DNA of 32,000 nt, taken from contig NZ_LT549890.1 of NCBI RefSeq assembly GCF_900079115.1, positions 2,040,001 to 2,072,000 on the forward strand. The letters are read 5' to 3'. The notes beneath the pieces were generated by a model. It did not search any database, had not been told where the DNA came from, and worked only from the letters and a program-made list of their open reading frames with translations. Each line of letters opens with the position of its first letter. Position 1 is the stretch's first letter. This DNA is from Saccharolobus solfataricus. Lineage in GTDB: Archaea; Thermoproteota; Thermoprotei_A; Sulfolobales; Sulfolobaceae. The position numbers and the translations under genes are program-made. Shown here piece by piece: positions 1-9,111 of this stretch.

Positions 1-1564
1 TTTGCAATTCTTGTATATATCTCATTACTGGATTTAATGGAGTTCTAGTATCGTTTTGAGAGTGAATTATGCATAGGGGTACTTTGACGTTCCTAACATA
101 GGTGATAGGAGACCTTTCCTTCATTAAATCAATATTCTTACCATTAAATAGTATCTCCATGAACCCCCTAAACAAGGAATCAGAGAGATCATACATCTCA
201 ACCCAATCCGCTACAGCCGCACCAGCAATACCGAAATCCCACTTATCTGGTTCTTTTCCTACTGCCAATAAAGTCATATATCCACCATAACTATAACCCA
301 TTATTCCTACTTTATTTGTAATTCCAGTCTCTATTGCGTAATCCCTTACCTTTACCACGTCTCTTAAATCACCGCCTCCAGCATCTCCAATATTCATGAA
401 CATGAATTTACTCCCATATCCCGTCGATCCCCTATAGTTAGGTGCAATTACATTATATCCAGCTAATACTAGAGGTGCAATTAGTAAATTCCAGCTATTA
501 TCAACCTCAGACCAAGGGCCTCCATGAATATAAATTATTGTATTACCCGGAATTTTCCTCTTTATAACCCAAGTAGGTACTTCAACATCCGTCTTTACCT
601 TAACATACTCTACCTCACCCACATCAACCTTCCTATTATCTACAACCACCTCAATCTTCCCATATCTACTTACCTTGTATATCTTATGTGGCGACACTAA
701 GGAGGAATGGGAAAAGTATATTTCGTCGCCAATTCTGGTAGCGCCACTAATTGTACCTTTAGGGGTGTTAATTTCTTTACCGTTGTCAAATAGTCTGGAT
801 TCACCATCCTTCTTTGCTATTATTAACAAATCCTCAGGGTCATAATATATTTCTATTGCCTTAAATTCGAATCCAGGGATCTCAACTCTATCGTACTTCT
901 TACTCTCTATATCATATATGTAAATCCAGTAAGATTCCCCTGGTGTTTCGTAATCGCTTATTAAGTAAACTTTATTTCCCATTAGATAGTAAGCGTTGGT
1001 TACACTTCCTTCCTTTGGTGTTAATATCTCAATATTCCCACTAAAATCTGCTATGAAGAACTCCTGTGATCTTGGATTTCCCTTCAATACCCCTGAACCT
1101 ATAATATATTTTTCATTGACATCGGTAACAAATGAGAAGGGTGGTATGGTAGTCAGTTTACTTAATTTCCCATTTTCAATAACATATAATGAGGTTTCAT
1201 TTTGTGAAGAGCCAGTGAATACTATTCGCTTATCATCGTAGGTCAGTGATGAAATTCTAACCCTTGGCGATTCAATCTGAAATTCCTCTCCTTTCAAATT
1301 TGCTATATGTATTGCATGAATTTCTTTCCCCTTTTCAACGTCTCTTGCAAAGGGTATAAAGTCTAGGCTTGATTTTGGTCTAGTTGAAATTGCTATTGGC
1401 GATTTTGTTAACTTTACATTCTTTCCACCTATTAGAGCATAGATGCTTATTTCTCCCTCAGATGTTGCCAAATATATTAAATTATTCTTTAACTTACCTA
1501 ATATGGCATAAAATGGAATTCTTACCGTTTCCTCTAACAGCTTTATTAGTTCTGAGTACTCCAT
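1..1564 (-). CDS. S9-family serine peptidase (prolyl oligopeptidase / acylaminoacyl-peptidase type); 3' end lies beyond the left window edge
   Basis: Absent from the ORF track because its stop lies outside the window. Hand translation of the minus strand from ATG 1564-1562 (MEYSELIKLLEETVRIPFYAILGKL...) stays open to position 2, with an in-frame stop upstream at 1658-1660. The N-terminal part looks like a beta-propeller. The C-terminal alpha/beta-hydrolase part has the nucleophile elbow GYSYGG (281-298) and HSQNDTRTP near the edge. An AT-run/TATA-like box at 1585-1600 sits about 28 nt upstream of the ATG. Confidence 0.85.
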   Translation of the reverse strand, partial: MEYSELIKLLEETVRIPFYAILGKLKNNLIYLATSEGEISIYALIGGKNVKLTKSPIAISTRPKSSLDFIPFARDVEKGKEIHAIHIANLKGEEFQIESPRVRISSLTYDDKRIVFTGSSQNETSLYVIENGKLSKLTTIPPFSFVTDVNEKYIIGSGVLKGNPRSQEFFIADFSGNIEILTPKEGSVTNAYYLMGNKVYLISDYETPGESYWIYIYDIESKKYDRVEIPGFEFKAIEIYYDPEDLLIIAKKDGESRLFDNGKEINTPKGTISGATRIGDEIYFSHSSLVSPHKIYKVSRYGKIEVVVDNRKVDVGEVEYVKVKTDVEVPTWVIKRKIPGNTIIYIHGGPWSEVDNSWNLLIAPLVLAGYNVIAPNYRGSTGYGSKFMFMNIGDAGGGDLRDVVKVRDYAIETGITNKVGIMGYSYGGYMTLLAVGKEPDKWDFGIAGAAVADWVEMYDLSDSLFRGFMEILFNGKNIDLMKERSPITYVRNVKVPLCIIHSQNDTRTPLNPVMRYIQELQ

Positions 1565-1919
1565 ATAGTGGAATTGTATTTGCAATATATATATTAATAT
1601 CTTTTTATAACACTAATGCTTTCAGAAAGTTTATAGCTTTAGGCAAAGGATATACCACTAGATCATAGTCTAAGAACTTTTCCAAAATACCAACGGTTTG
1701 TGAACTTGTTGAATTTTCCAGAAGAGTTAGAAGGATCACAAAGCTAAATTGAACATCTCAACATTAGTTGAAATAAAGGTAATGAGTTTGGACAACGATT
1801 TTGTTAATTGACGATAAACTATAAATAAAAGACTTGAAATAAAAAGAGAATTATTATTTGACAAAATGAAGACAAGTCTCGAATGAGAGTGTTTGGATCC
1901 TTTTATAAGGCCTAAAAAG

Positions 1920-2189
1920 TTATTTCTTCAACTTATCTTCTATATATTCTATAATTTCCGCTATATTCTGGGTTGATTCATCGTTATTGAAGGTCTTATT
2001 TAAATCACTACTCTTTATTATAATATGTCGTAATTTTTCATCGCAGTAGAAAAGTTCTATTTTTAAGTCCTTATAGATGTATTCATCTACTTTAATTATT
2101 CCCTCGTAGACATAACTCCTAACCTTAAATATGTTAGTTTTTGCCCTTAAGAAGTCTTCAACTTCTTTTAGGGTATTTTTATTTTCCAT
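1920..2189 (-). CDS. Hypothetical small protein (89 aa from the internal ATG; the track ORF extends to 2249)
   Basis: The track ORF is 1920..2249. I prefer Met21 (MENKNTLKEVEDF...) because a TATA-like gatataaaat (minus strand, about 2212-2222) lies about 27 nt upstream of ATG 2189. No recognisable motif. Confidence 0.45.
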   Translation of the reverse strand: MENKNTLKEVEDFLRAKTNIFKVRSYVYEGIIKVDEYIYKDLKIELFYCDEKLRHIIIKSSDLNKTFNNDESTQNIAEIIEYIEDKLKK

Positions 2190-2254
2190 AATTACTATAC
2201 TATGGAGTGAGGATTTTATATCTATTATTTTTGATAGAAACCTCATCACTATCG

Positions 2255-2420
2255 TACTTATTATAGACGTGGTGAGCTACCCCCTCATAAATGAGGGAGC
2301 TTCCTGCTTCACAGCTCTGCCATGCCAGTACCGAAGTGCTGGTACTGGTAGAGGGCGGAGCTCCACAGGCACTAAGGGTCGCTCCTACCCCGATCCACGT
2401 AAGATGTTAAGAGAAGCATT
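2255..2420 (-). ncRNA. Putative omega (reRNA) guide-RNA scaffold of the TnpB element
   Basis: This GC-richer region overlaps and follows the tnpB stop (2385-2387). It has an 8-bp hairpin ccagtacc/ggtactgg (2325-2332 / 2341-2348), a 6-bp hairpin ccctca/tgaggg (2282-2287 / 2292-2297) and gggt/accc (2376-2379 / 2387-2390). Position and strand match known TnpB omega RNAs. Extent is approximate and transcription is not shown. Confidence 0.45.
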
Positions 2421-3510
2421 ATAGTCACGATCTGCAATCCAACCACAGTTGGGACAAACGAAAACACGATCAGAAAGTGATAGATCTTCTTTTACGTACC
2501 CGCACTTAGCACAAGTTTTGGAAGTGTATGCTGGGTTGACCAGGATGAGTTTCTTACCGTATTTCTCCAACTGATACTTAATCAAATCTCTAAGCTCGCT
2601 GAACGCGACGTCACTCAATCTCCTCCTCAGAGACCTTAATGACTTACCTATCAACTGCTTAACATGAATACCCTCCATGACTGCAACATCGTAATGCTCA
2701 GCAAACCATTTACCCAACTTCATGTAAAGATCCCTCCTCAAGTTCTTCAAATGCTCATAAGCCCTAGCAAGCTTAACCTTAGCCTTAAACCAATTATTAG
2801 AGAGGAACTTCTTTCTTGAAAGTTCTCTGTGTAGATGCTTCACTTTCCATAACGCCTTTTCAAGAGGTCTCAGATTGGGGAAATATTCACCATCCGACGT
2901 TACGATCAGCTTCTCTATGCCAACATCTATCGCCACTTCCTTACCAGTGTTAGGTAACTTGGGGAATTCGTGATCAACTACGAAAGTGATGTAAATCCTC
3001 TCAGATCTTGTTAGCTTCACTACCATTCTCTTTACTTTGTCAAGGGGAAAGTCTCGGTGAACTATTACCTTGAACGTACCAAGATTTGATAGTTTAAGCG
3101 TTATTAGTTTCTTCTTATTCTTCTTGCTTCCTTTTTCTTATTTCTCTAACTTGAAGTATTTTCCAACCGTACTGGGGATAGACAAGGGAGTAGTATTTGT
3201 GAGGTTTCTTTTCTTTCGGGAAACGTGCTAAACCTTCGAAAAACCTCTGTCTAGCTTCGTAGTAACGGTCGGCTATTTGTTGAACTACTTGAGAATAGAG
3301 TTGCTTATACTCATCATCTTGTTTTCTCAGATCTAGAGCCAACTGTCTTAACTCAGTCTGCGTTAGTCCTTTCCCATCCCTCTGATAAAAGTATATGTCT
3401 GCCCACCTTAAGGTGTTGTAGATTTTGCACGCTAACTTCAACTGGGCTTTTAACGCCCTAAGGGTTTGTTCGTCAGCGTAAGCACGAAAGCGAAACCCTA
3501 AGGTGGGCAT
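2385..3510 (-). pseudogene. tnpB: tnpB (OrfB-type RNA-guided nuclease) split by a single frameshift
   Basis: Track ORFs 3115..3510 (N-terminal 131 aa) and 2385..3026 (C-terminal 213 aa) are in different frames. The downstream frame is open back to 3127 ([42 protein letters not shown]). Removing one A from the A5 run (T5 on the plus strand, 3132-3136) gives one 374-aa frame. RuvC-like residues are intact: IDVGI, VMEGI and ADRDYNAS, plus the zinc finger CAKCG...CPNCG. Confidence 0.85.
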
Positions 3511-3682
3511 TGATGTGTATTTCGTTATTTTCCTATTTTAACTTTTCTACAAAGGGATCCATCTCAAAGAGAAGTTTTCCGCCCCCTTTGAACCCCCGTC
3601 TGTTATAATTAGTGTAATTGTTAATGACAGTCCTCACGGTTGTAGGAGTAGTGATACTATTAATGTCCCAAACCCCTTCCTA

Positions 3683-3699
3683 CAGTGGTGTTTCACCAA
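3683..3699. repeat. Left terminal inverted repeat of the 1439-bp IS
   Basis: cagtggtgtttcaccaa is the exact reverse complement of 5105-5121. The pairing extends to 21 bp (3679-3699 / 5105-5125) with one mismatch. Confidence 0.9.
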
Positions 3700-3936
3700 T
3701 TTTACTCAAAATGATACAATTTCTATGGAAGAGAAAAATATCAGAGCGGAGTTAGAAAAATCGGCTTATTTCAACACAAGAAGCAAAAAATTTTCATATT
3801 TGTTGAAGAAACTAACAGAAAACGAGTTTATATATAAAGAGTAATACCATTTGTCTAGTATTATCAATAGAGGAAAGTAGGTGGAAGGACGAGATGAACA
3901 AGAAAAGGTTAAAGCGAGGGACTCCATAACTCCGTT

Positions 3937-4902
3937 ATGCAAACCATACAAGTATCCAAAACGGAGCTGAAGTCCCTCGCTATAAATTTAGCAACAAACA
4001 ATATTAACGTTATCTCTCAAGATCTAGACCCGGAAATAGTGAAAGCAGCACCATCCTTGCTAACCGGAAACAGAGGAAAATACTACTTGAAGGTAGTAAG
4101 ACGAGGCGAGAAAGTAATTAGTAAAGGTCAGAGAACCTTCAAGTTCTACCCAATCTACAGAGAAGTAAAGGGAGAGATCAACGTAGTCGCTGTAGATGAG
4201 ACCGGATTAACCGTGGGAGAAAAGGAACAAGAAAAAGCAGAGGGCTTTCTACTCTACAACTGGAAGAGAAAAGGAGTAAAGATGAGATCCTTGGACCTCG
4301 TATATCCCTTAAGGTTACCCCTCCTAGTGGAGGTAGCAGATTTGAGAAGCGACAGTCCATCACAGTTCCTACTCAGGAGCGTGAGGGAAGTAAGCCAATA
4401 CATGGAAATAGATTACGTTGTAGCTGACGCCGGATTCTTGAACCTAGGGGTCATCAAGGAAATGCCCGTGAAGACCATTGTGAGAGGAAAGTCGAACTTG
4501 AAGGGATTCAAGGAACTATCTAACGTTCCATTAGTTGAGAAGAGATACGAGGTTAAGGACAAGGTTTACGTTGCGTATAGGGTCTTGGAATTTGAAGGGC
4601 TTTATTATTACGATGTGGTTTACGTTAAGGGAAAGCCGAGGCACTTCATGTTCGTAACGAACTTCGAGGGAGATCCCTATGAACTGGCTGAACTCTATAG
4701 GTTGAGGTGGCAGGTTGAGGAGGGTTTTAAGGTTAGGAAGGCAAGGATAAGGTATGTTAGGAAGTTGAGTAATAAGATCTTCTTGTTCCTCTATTATACG
4801 GTTCTGGATTCTGCGTGGAATCTAGTGAATCATCTTCTCTTTAACTTCAAGTCCACGTGTAAGAAGGTTTTGTCCTTCGATTCATTCGTCAAGCTTCTCT
4901 AA
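3937..4902 (+). CDS. IS4-family DDE transposase
   Basis: 321-aa ORF between the IRs. The C-terminal signature YRLRWQVEEGFKVRK fits the IS4-type Y-x2-R-x3-E-x6-K motif. Acidic candidates lie in VVAVDETG and VVADAGF. Confidence 0.9.
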   Translation: MQTIQVSKTELKSLAINLATNNINVISQDLDPEIVKAAPSLLTGNRGKYYLKVVRRGEKVISKGQRTFKFYPIYREVKGEINVVAVDETGLTVGEKEQEKAEGFLLYNWKRKGVKMRSLDLVYPLRLPLLVEVADLRSDSPSQFLLRSVREVSQYMEIDYVVADAGFLNLGVIKEMPVKTIVRGKSNLKGFKELSNVPLVEKRYEVKDKVYVAYRVLEFEGLYYYDVVYVKGKPRHFMFVTNFEGDPYELAELYRLRWQVEEGFKVRKARIRYVRKLSNKIFLFLYYTVLDSAWNLVNHLLFNFKSTCKKVLSFDSFVKLL

Positions 4903-5104
4903 CTTTCTCGGTGTTCAGAGGAGACTATGCACGTCGTTTTCACCACGTGAGAAAAATTCAGAATTCTCCTCTTATTATTAGAATTGTACGCTATATTTTT
5001 TGCAAATTATTTTAACATGTTATGTTTCATAATAATTTTATTGTTTTTCTCTATATCAATCTCTTTTTGAAAGTGCTAATATTATATCTTTCAAATGAAA
5101 TAAT

Positions 5105-5121
5105 TTGGTGAAACACCACTG
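5105..5121. repeat. Right terminal inverted repeat of the 1439-bp IS
   Basis: ttggtgaaacaccactg is the exact reverse complement of 3683-3699. Confidence 0.9.
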
Positions 5122-5314
5122 GAGGTTGCCTTCTTGCTTGAATGTGAAATTAGCAAATTATAACCTAGGGAGGCATTCTGACCTGTAAGGGATTAGGAGA
5201 ATCACTCAATAAGAATATTAGCTGAAAATATAAGTAGTCTCCATGTTATTTGATGTTGTATTAGGTCACCATGAGAAGACACTATCAAGATACAGATACT
5301 GTTATAAAGAAAGA

Positions 5315-5322
5315 TTTATATA
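5315..5322 (+). promoter_or_regulatory. TATA box (tttatata) with A-rich BRE-like aaagaaag upstream; promoter of the pilin gene
   Basis: Centred about 30 nt upstream of ATG 5349, the spacing expected for leaderless Sulfolobus transcripts. Confidence 0.5.
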
Positions 5323-5336
5323 GAACTATAATGTAG

Positions 5337-5783
<447 letters not shown>

Positions 5784-5806
5784 AAAAGAGGAGAAAAAAG
5801 GTGAAA

Positions 5807-5813
5807 TTTTTTT
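5807..5813 (+). terminator. T7 run downstream of the pilin gene (candidate archaeal oligo-T terminator)
   Basis: ttttttt lies 24 nt after the stop at 5783. Oligo-T tracts act as terminators in Sulfolobus. Confidence 0.35.
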
Positions 5814-5898
5814 AATACAATCTTTCTAACTTTAGAGAAATTTTTAACCCTAATCCATATAAACATTATTATTTAAGCCTTTGCGAATACTAATATTT

Positions 5899-6264
5899 GT
5901 GGAATATCCATATTTTGACCTTGAAACCGCTAGAGAGTTATTACCATGGCTTAGAGATCGTTTAATACAATTGAGAAAGATAAAAAACGAAATTGAGCTT
6001 CTTTTGGTTAATGGTGATAAATATGCTTTACAACAATACGCAAGTGAGACTAAAAAAATTATTGACGAAATTATCTCTAAAGGTATTATACTACGAGATA
6101 TCGATATAGGCTTAGTGGATTTTCCAGCTATTATAAATAATAAGCCTGCATTCTTTTGCTGGAAAATAGACGAGAATGACATAGCGTATTGGCATTACAT
6201 GGACGAGGGATTTAGAGGGAGAAAGAGGTTAACTGGCTATGAGGATATTCTAAGTTTACGTTAA
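5899..6264 (+). CDS. DUF2203-like conserved hypothetical protein
   Basis: The track ORF starts at TTG 5881. I prefer GTG 5899 (MEYPYFDLETARELLPWLRDRL...) because the TATA-like ttattatttaag (5866-5876) is about 27 nt upstream. The N-terminal coiled-coil-like segment followed by GIILRDIDIGLVDFP...FFCWK...I.YWH resembles DUF2203 proteins as I recall them. Confidence 0.6.
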   Translation: MEYPYFDLETARELLPWLRDRLIQLRKIKNEIELLLVNGDKYALQQYASETKKIIDEIISKGIILRDIDIGLVDFPAIINNKPAFFCWKIDENDIAYWHYMDEGFRGRKRLTGYEDILSLR

Positions 6265-6296
6265 ATTTATTTATTTAATTCTCTTAACAATTCCCT

Positions 6297-8486
6297 ATGT
6301 ACGTTGGTCAAAGAGTAAAAAGGAAAGAGGATTTAAAGTTGATTACTGGTTCTGGGAGATATATTGACGATATTGAGTACCCCGGAACTTTGTACCTTTA
6401 CATCGTTAGGAGTAACGTGGCCCACGCTAAAATTAAATATATTGACGTTAGGGATGCGTTAAAAGTTAATGGTGTTGTCGGAGTTATAACTGGCTTGACA
6501 ATTCCTTTTGAGAACAGACCTAATAATTGGCCGATGGCTAAGGACGAGATTTTATATGTTGGTCATCCTATTGCGGCAATTTTAGCTACTGATAAGTATG
6601 TTGCTGCTGATGCGGCTGATTTGATTCAAGTGGATTATGAAGAGTTACCTGCAGTTATTAACCCAGAGAAGGCTTTAAAGGATGATGTTAAGGCTATTGA
6701 GGGTAGGAGTAATATTGCTTATAAGAAGACTTACAGTTCAGGTGACCCAGAGAAGGCTCTTTCAAATTCGGATATTGTATTAGAGGAGAAGTTTGAAATT
6801 TCAAGAGTTTATCCTTCACCGATGGAAACTAGAGGTTTACTTTCGGTATATCAAGAGGATAGTTTGCTAGTTTACGCCTCTACGCAATCCGCTCATTACA
6901 TGAGGAGGTATTTATTGTCAGCCTTTGGTAACAAGGTAAAGGATATAAGGGTTATTCAGGCTGATGTAGGAGGTGCTTTCGGAGCTAAGTTATTCCCATA
7001 TTCTGAGGATTTCATAACTGTTTACGCTAGTTTGCAATATAGGAGACCAGTAAAATGGGTTGCATTAAGGAGTGAAGATATAAGGGGTATGTATCATGGT
7101 AGAGGACAGATTCATAAGGTTAAGTTTGGAGCTAAAAGGGATGGTACTTTAACTGCAATAATAGATGATGCTATTATTGACTTAGGTGCTGCTTCTCATG
7201 GAACTTACTTAGTGGATATAGCAGCTACAATGTTACCTGGACCGTATAAAGTTAGGGATCTAAGGGTTAATGCTTATGGTGTTTACACTAATAAGACTCC
7301 TTTAGACCAGTATAGGGGAGCTGGTAGACCAGAGGCTGCTTTCGTTTATGAGAGGATAATGGATATTATCGCTGATGAGTTGAAATTGGACCCAATTTAC
7401 GTTAGAAAAAGGAATTTAATCACTGAATTACCTTATGTTAATCCTTTTGGGCTAAAATACGATTCCGGAAATTACCTAAAATTGTTAGAAAATGCTGAGA
7501 AGGTTTATAGGGAATTTGAGAAGAGGGCTAATGAGTTGAGGAAGCAAGGTAGGAGAGTTAGCGCTGGATTATCATTCTATTTGGAACAAAATAACTTTGG
7601 TCCTTGGGAGAGCGCTTCAGTTAGAATTAAGGCTGATGGCAAGGTTCAAGTTATAATAGGTGCTAGTCCACATGGTCAAGGTGCAGAAACTGGTATTGCT
7701 CAAATTGTTGCTGATGAGTTAGGGATAAGTGTAGACGACGTTGAAGTGATCTGGGGTGATACTGCTCTCATAGGTGAGGGTTTTGGTACTTACGGCAGTA
7801 GAAGTTTAACTTTAGCTGGTAATGCTGCGTTGTTAGCAGCTAGAAGAGTTAAGGATAAGGTTCTAAGGTTAGCTGCGCAATTCATGAAGTCCGATGTTCA
7901 AGAGTTACAGTATAAGGATGGTAAGGTAATTAATCCTAAGACTGGTAAGACAATGAGCCTAAAAGAAGTTGCCTCACGTAATATGGCTAGTCTAGGTGGT
8001 ATTTGGGAATATAAGGAGGAACCTGGGTTAGAGGCCACGGGTTATTTCGGATTTGATAATTTAACTTATCCCTATGGTTCACATGTTGTTTTAGCTGAGG
8101 TTGATAATTCCGGTAAGGTTAAGATTTTAGATTATTACGCTATCGATGATATAGGTACTGTTGTTAATCCAATGCTAGCTGAGGCTCAAGTTATAGGAGG
8201 AGTGATTCAAGGCTTTGGTGAGAGTGTTTTGGAAGAAATTGTGTACGATGAAAATGGCAATTTACTAACTGGAAATCTATTCGATTACGCAATACCTACT
8301 GCTGTTGAGGCATTTAATATTAAATGGGAGTACATGGAAGAGGGGAAATCCAATGCTCCTTTACCAGCTAAGGGAATTGGGGAGGGTGCAACTATTGGTA
8401 CTCCACCAGCGTTGATAAGGGCAATAGAAAAGGCAATAGGTAAGAGGTTGACCAGATTGCCGAGTAGGTTAGAGGATTTGCTATGA
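6297..8486 (+). CDS. Molybdopterin-binding hydroxylase large subunit (xanthine dehydrogenase / aldehyde oxidoreductase / CoxL-CutA family)
   Basis: 729 aa. The N-terminus MYVGQRVKRKEDLKLITGSGRYIDD is typical of the family. Also present: GGAFGAK, QYRGAGRPEA, GASPHGQG.ETG..Q, and the C-terminal GIGEGATIGTPPA. No medium (FAD) or small (2Fe-2S) subunit gene is adjacent. Confidence 0.9.
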   Translation: MYVGQRVKRKEDLKLITGSGRYIDDIEYPGTLYLYIVRSNVAHAKIKYIDVRDALKVNGVVGVITGLTIPFENRPNNWPMAKDEILYVGHPIAAILATDKYVAADAADLIQVDYEELPAVINPEKALKDDVKAIEGRSNIAYKKTYSSGDPEKALSNSDIVLEEKFEISRVYPSPMETRGLLSVYQEDSLLVYASTQSAHYMRRYLLSAFGNKVKDIRVIQADVGGAFGAKLFPYSEDFITVYASLQYRRPVKWVALRSEDIRGMYHGRGQIHKVKFGAKRDGTLTAIIDDAIIDLGAASHGTYLVDIAATMLPGPYKVRDLRVNAYGVYTNKTPLDQYRGAGRPEAAFVYERIMDIIADELKLDPIYVRKRNLITELPYVNPFGLKYDSGNYLKLLENAEKVYREFEKRANELRKQGRRVSAGLSFYLEQNNFGPWESASVRIKADGKVQVIIGASPHGQGAETGIAQIVADELGISVDDVEVIWGDTALIGEGFGTYGSRSLTLAGNAALLAARRVKDKVLRLAAQFMKSDVQELQYKDGKVINPKTGKTMSLKEVASRNMASLGGIWEYKEEPGLEATGYFGFDNLTYPYGSHVVLAEVDNSGKVKILDYYAIDDIGTVVNPMLAEAQVIGGVIQGFGESVLEEIVYDENGNLLTGNLFDYAIPTAVEAFNIKWEYMEEGKSNAPLPAKGIGEGATIGTPPALIRAIEKAIGKRLTRLPSRLEDLL

Positions 8487-8487
8487 A

Positions 8488-8493
8488 TTTTTT
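8488..8493 (+). terminator. T6 run immediately after the Mo-hydroxylase stop
   Basis: tgaattttttattt: an oligo-T tract starts 2 nt after the stop codon. Confidence 0.35.
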
Positions 8494-8735
8494 ATTTATA
8501 TACTCTGAAAATAAAACTCTAGATTAAACTTAGACACATCTTATTATATTTATCCTTGATCTATCTCATTACTTAACTTTGGCTTTTAAAAGGTAACAAT
8601 CACAAACTAAAGCAAGATCTCACACTTATTGCTATTCCTATGAAATTTCCCTTTTTTGTAAAATAATTTAAAATTCTTTTAACAGTAGTATAGATAGAAA
8701 ACTATTTAAGTAAAAATAAACACTGTTAAAGTAGC

Positions 8736-9077
8736 ATGACTCAAGTAATAGAATCCTATTCCTCACCCTTTTATAAGAACATAATCGACTTACCTCCATC
8801 AATGGTAAGGAAATTATGGAAAAGCGGAAAGATAATGATACTCGATATTAGAACACCACAAGAATATGAGGAACATCACATACCGGGGGCAATCTTAGCA
8901 CCCCTAGATTATTTAGAGCATTTAACTGAACTTTTCGAAGATAAGGAAGTCGCTGTTGTATGCGAGCACGGAAATAGGGCTAGGTACGCCACATACGGTA
9001 TGCCTCATCTTTATAAGAAAAGAGCTTACTACATGATTGGTGGAATGGCATTGTGGATGTGTTTACCCGTGGCGTAA
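8736..9077 (+). CDS. Single-domain rhodanese-like sulfurtransferase
   Basis: ILDIRTPQEYEEHHIPGA followed by the active-site loop VVCEHGNRA (C-x5-R-type) in a 113-aa protein. Confidence 0.8.
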   Translation: MTQVIESYSSPFYKNIIDLPPSMVRKLWKSGKIMILDIRTPQEYEEHHIPGAILAPLDYLEHLTELFEDKEVAVVCEHGNRARYATYGMPHLYKKRAYYMIGGMALWMCLPVA

Positions 9078-9111
9078 CTTCTGCTTACTTTTAACCACTT
9101 CTAATTCCGCC

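Larger units (their letters stand above)
2255..3600 (-). mobile_element. IS200/IS605-family, TnpB-only (IS1341-like) insertion element; ends approximate
   Basis: Holds a tnpB reading frame (2385-3510), a structured non-coding right end (2255-2384) and about 90 nt of leader upstream of the start. No tnpA is present. I could not fix the exact LE/RE boundaries from a single copy. Confidence 0.6.
3683..5121 (+). mobile_element. IS4-family insertion sequence, 1439 bp (ISC1439-like)
   Basis: Perfect 17-bp terminal inverted repeats cagtggtgtttcaccaa (3683-3699) and ttggtgaaacaccactg (5105-5121) enclose one DDE transposase ORF. The span is exactly 1439 bp, matching the length-based name ISC1439 that I recall for S. 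solfataricus (unverified). Confidence 0.85.

Noticed and set aside
996-1668. Plus-strand track ORFs 996..1241 and 1384..1668
   Set aside because: They lie antisense within the well-supported minus-strand S9 peptidase gene. Their sequences are low-complexity with no motifs.
2131-2424. Plus-strand ORF 2131..2424 (97 aa)
   Set aside because: It runs antisense through the start of the small gene and across the structured right end of the TnpB element. Its Gly/Arg/Ser-rich tail is just the translation of the GC-rich RNA-like region.
3766-4363. Minus-strand ORFs 3766..3951 and 4178..4363
   Set aside because: They fall inside the 1439-bp IS, upstream of or antisense to the transposase gene. They are short and have no motif.
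3674-5134. Target-site duplication flanking the 1439-bp IS
   Set aside because: I compared 4-10 nt flanks for three possible boundary choices (3679/5125, 3681/5123, 3683/5121). None gives a direct repeat abutting both ends.
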